64,000 bases of DNA. Origin: an alpha proteobacterium SCGC AAA027-L15. GTDB taxonomy: Bacteria > Pseudomonadota > Alphaproteobacteria > Pelagibacterales > Pelagibacteraceae. Below the pieces are notes generated by a model, which was given only the letters and a program-made list of their open reading frames with translations, had not been told where the DNA came from and made no database searches. Below are positions 63,766 through 64,000 of the stretch, piece by piece (positions within the stretch are counted from its first letter, which is position 1; each line of letters opens with the position of its first letter). The position numbers and the translations under genes are program-made. The stretch is taken from the NCBI GenBank assembly GCA_000371865.1, contig AQUG01000002.1:30527-94526 (forward strand), written 5' to 3'.

Positions 63766-64000
63766 ATGAGTCTCAAAGATATTACATTTAACCATTTTAA
63801 AATTCACACTCAGTACTCAATCTGCGAAGGGGCAGTTAAAATTGAGGAGTTAGCAAAGTATGCAAAACTTTCAAAATTTTTATCCCTTGGAATGTCTGAC
63901 TCTTATAATTTAAGTGGAGCTTTAGAGTTTTCAGAGGAGTTATCAAAAGTTGGAGTTCATCCAATTATTGGCACTCAACTTAATATTAAGACTGACAACA
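63766..64000 (+). CDS. dnaE: DNA polymerase III alpha subunit (N-terminal PHP domain; runs off the window)
   Basis: MSLKDITFNHFKIHTQYSICEGAVKIEEL...GALEFS......GVHPIIG; follows lolD as in other alphaproteobacteria; absent from the ORF track. Confidence 0.9.
   Translation, partial: MSLKDITFNHFKIHTQYSICEGAVKIEELAKYAKLSKFLSLGMSDSYNLSGALEFSEELSKVGVHPIIGTQLNIKTDN

Overview
AT-rich, very gene-dense alphaproteobacterial chromosome segment. Gene content, gene order and the tiny or overlapping intergenic spaces fit a streamlined Pelagibacterales (SAR11) genome; this is inference and the subclade cannot be fixed from this window. Almost all of it is core housekeeping: acpP-gmk; rsmA-pdxA-surA-lptD-lptG-lptF; pepA-ndk; purMN; hda; rnd; aspS; accBC-aroQ; thiSG; rne; prfB; yhdP; tyrS; anmK; an iscR-iscS-sufBCDSUTA operon; nadK; zapE; tRNA-Thr(UGU); the full nuoA-N operon; and birA-coaX-rnj-proS-lolCE-lolD-dnaE (partial). 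The ORF track misses the programmed +1 frameshift in prfB, a homopolymer frameshift in coaX, the tRNA and the dnaE start. The one accessory stretch is about 37.95-41.38 kb, just 5' of tRNA-Thr, and holds two modules. (1) A minus-strand unit: a perfect extended -10 promoter, a ~135-nt GC-rich multi-hairpin leader with terminator/antiterminator-like alternative pairings, a protein with a small-terminase-like 'NALKxG' motif, and a translationally coupled, frameshifted second ORF. (2) A plus-strand outer-membrane beta-barrel gene plus a membrane-anchored LytTR regulator, with 20-bp-period direct repeats upstream. Outside the island, the most unusual item is an intact stand-alone C-terminal (TSCPD) remnant of class II ribonucleotide reductase NrdJ that has lost both the catalytic core and the terminal Cys cluster. 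No CRISPR array, rRNA, integrase or transposase was seen. All calls come from motif recognition by eye; no database searches were run.
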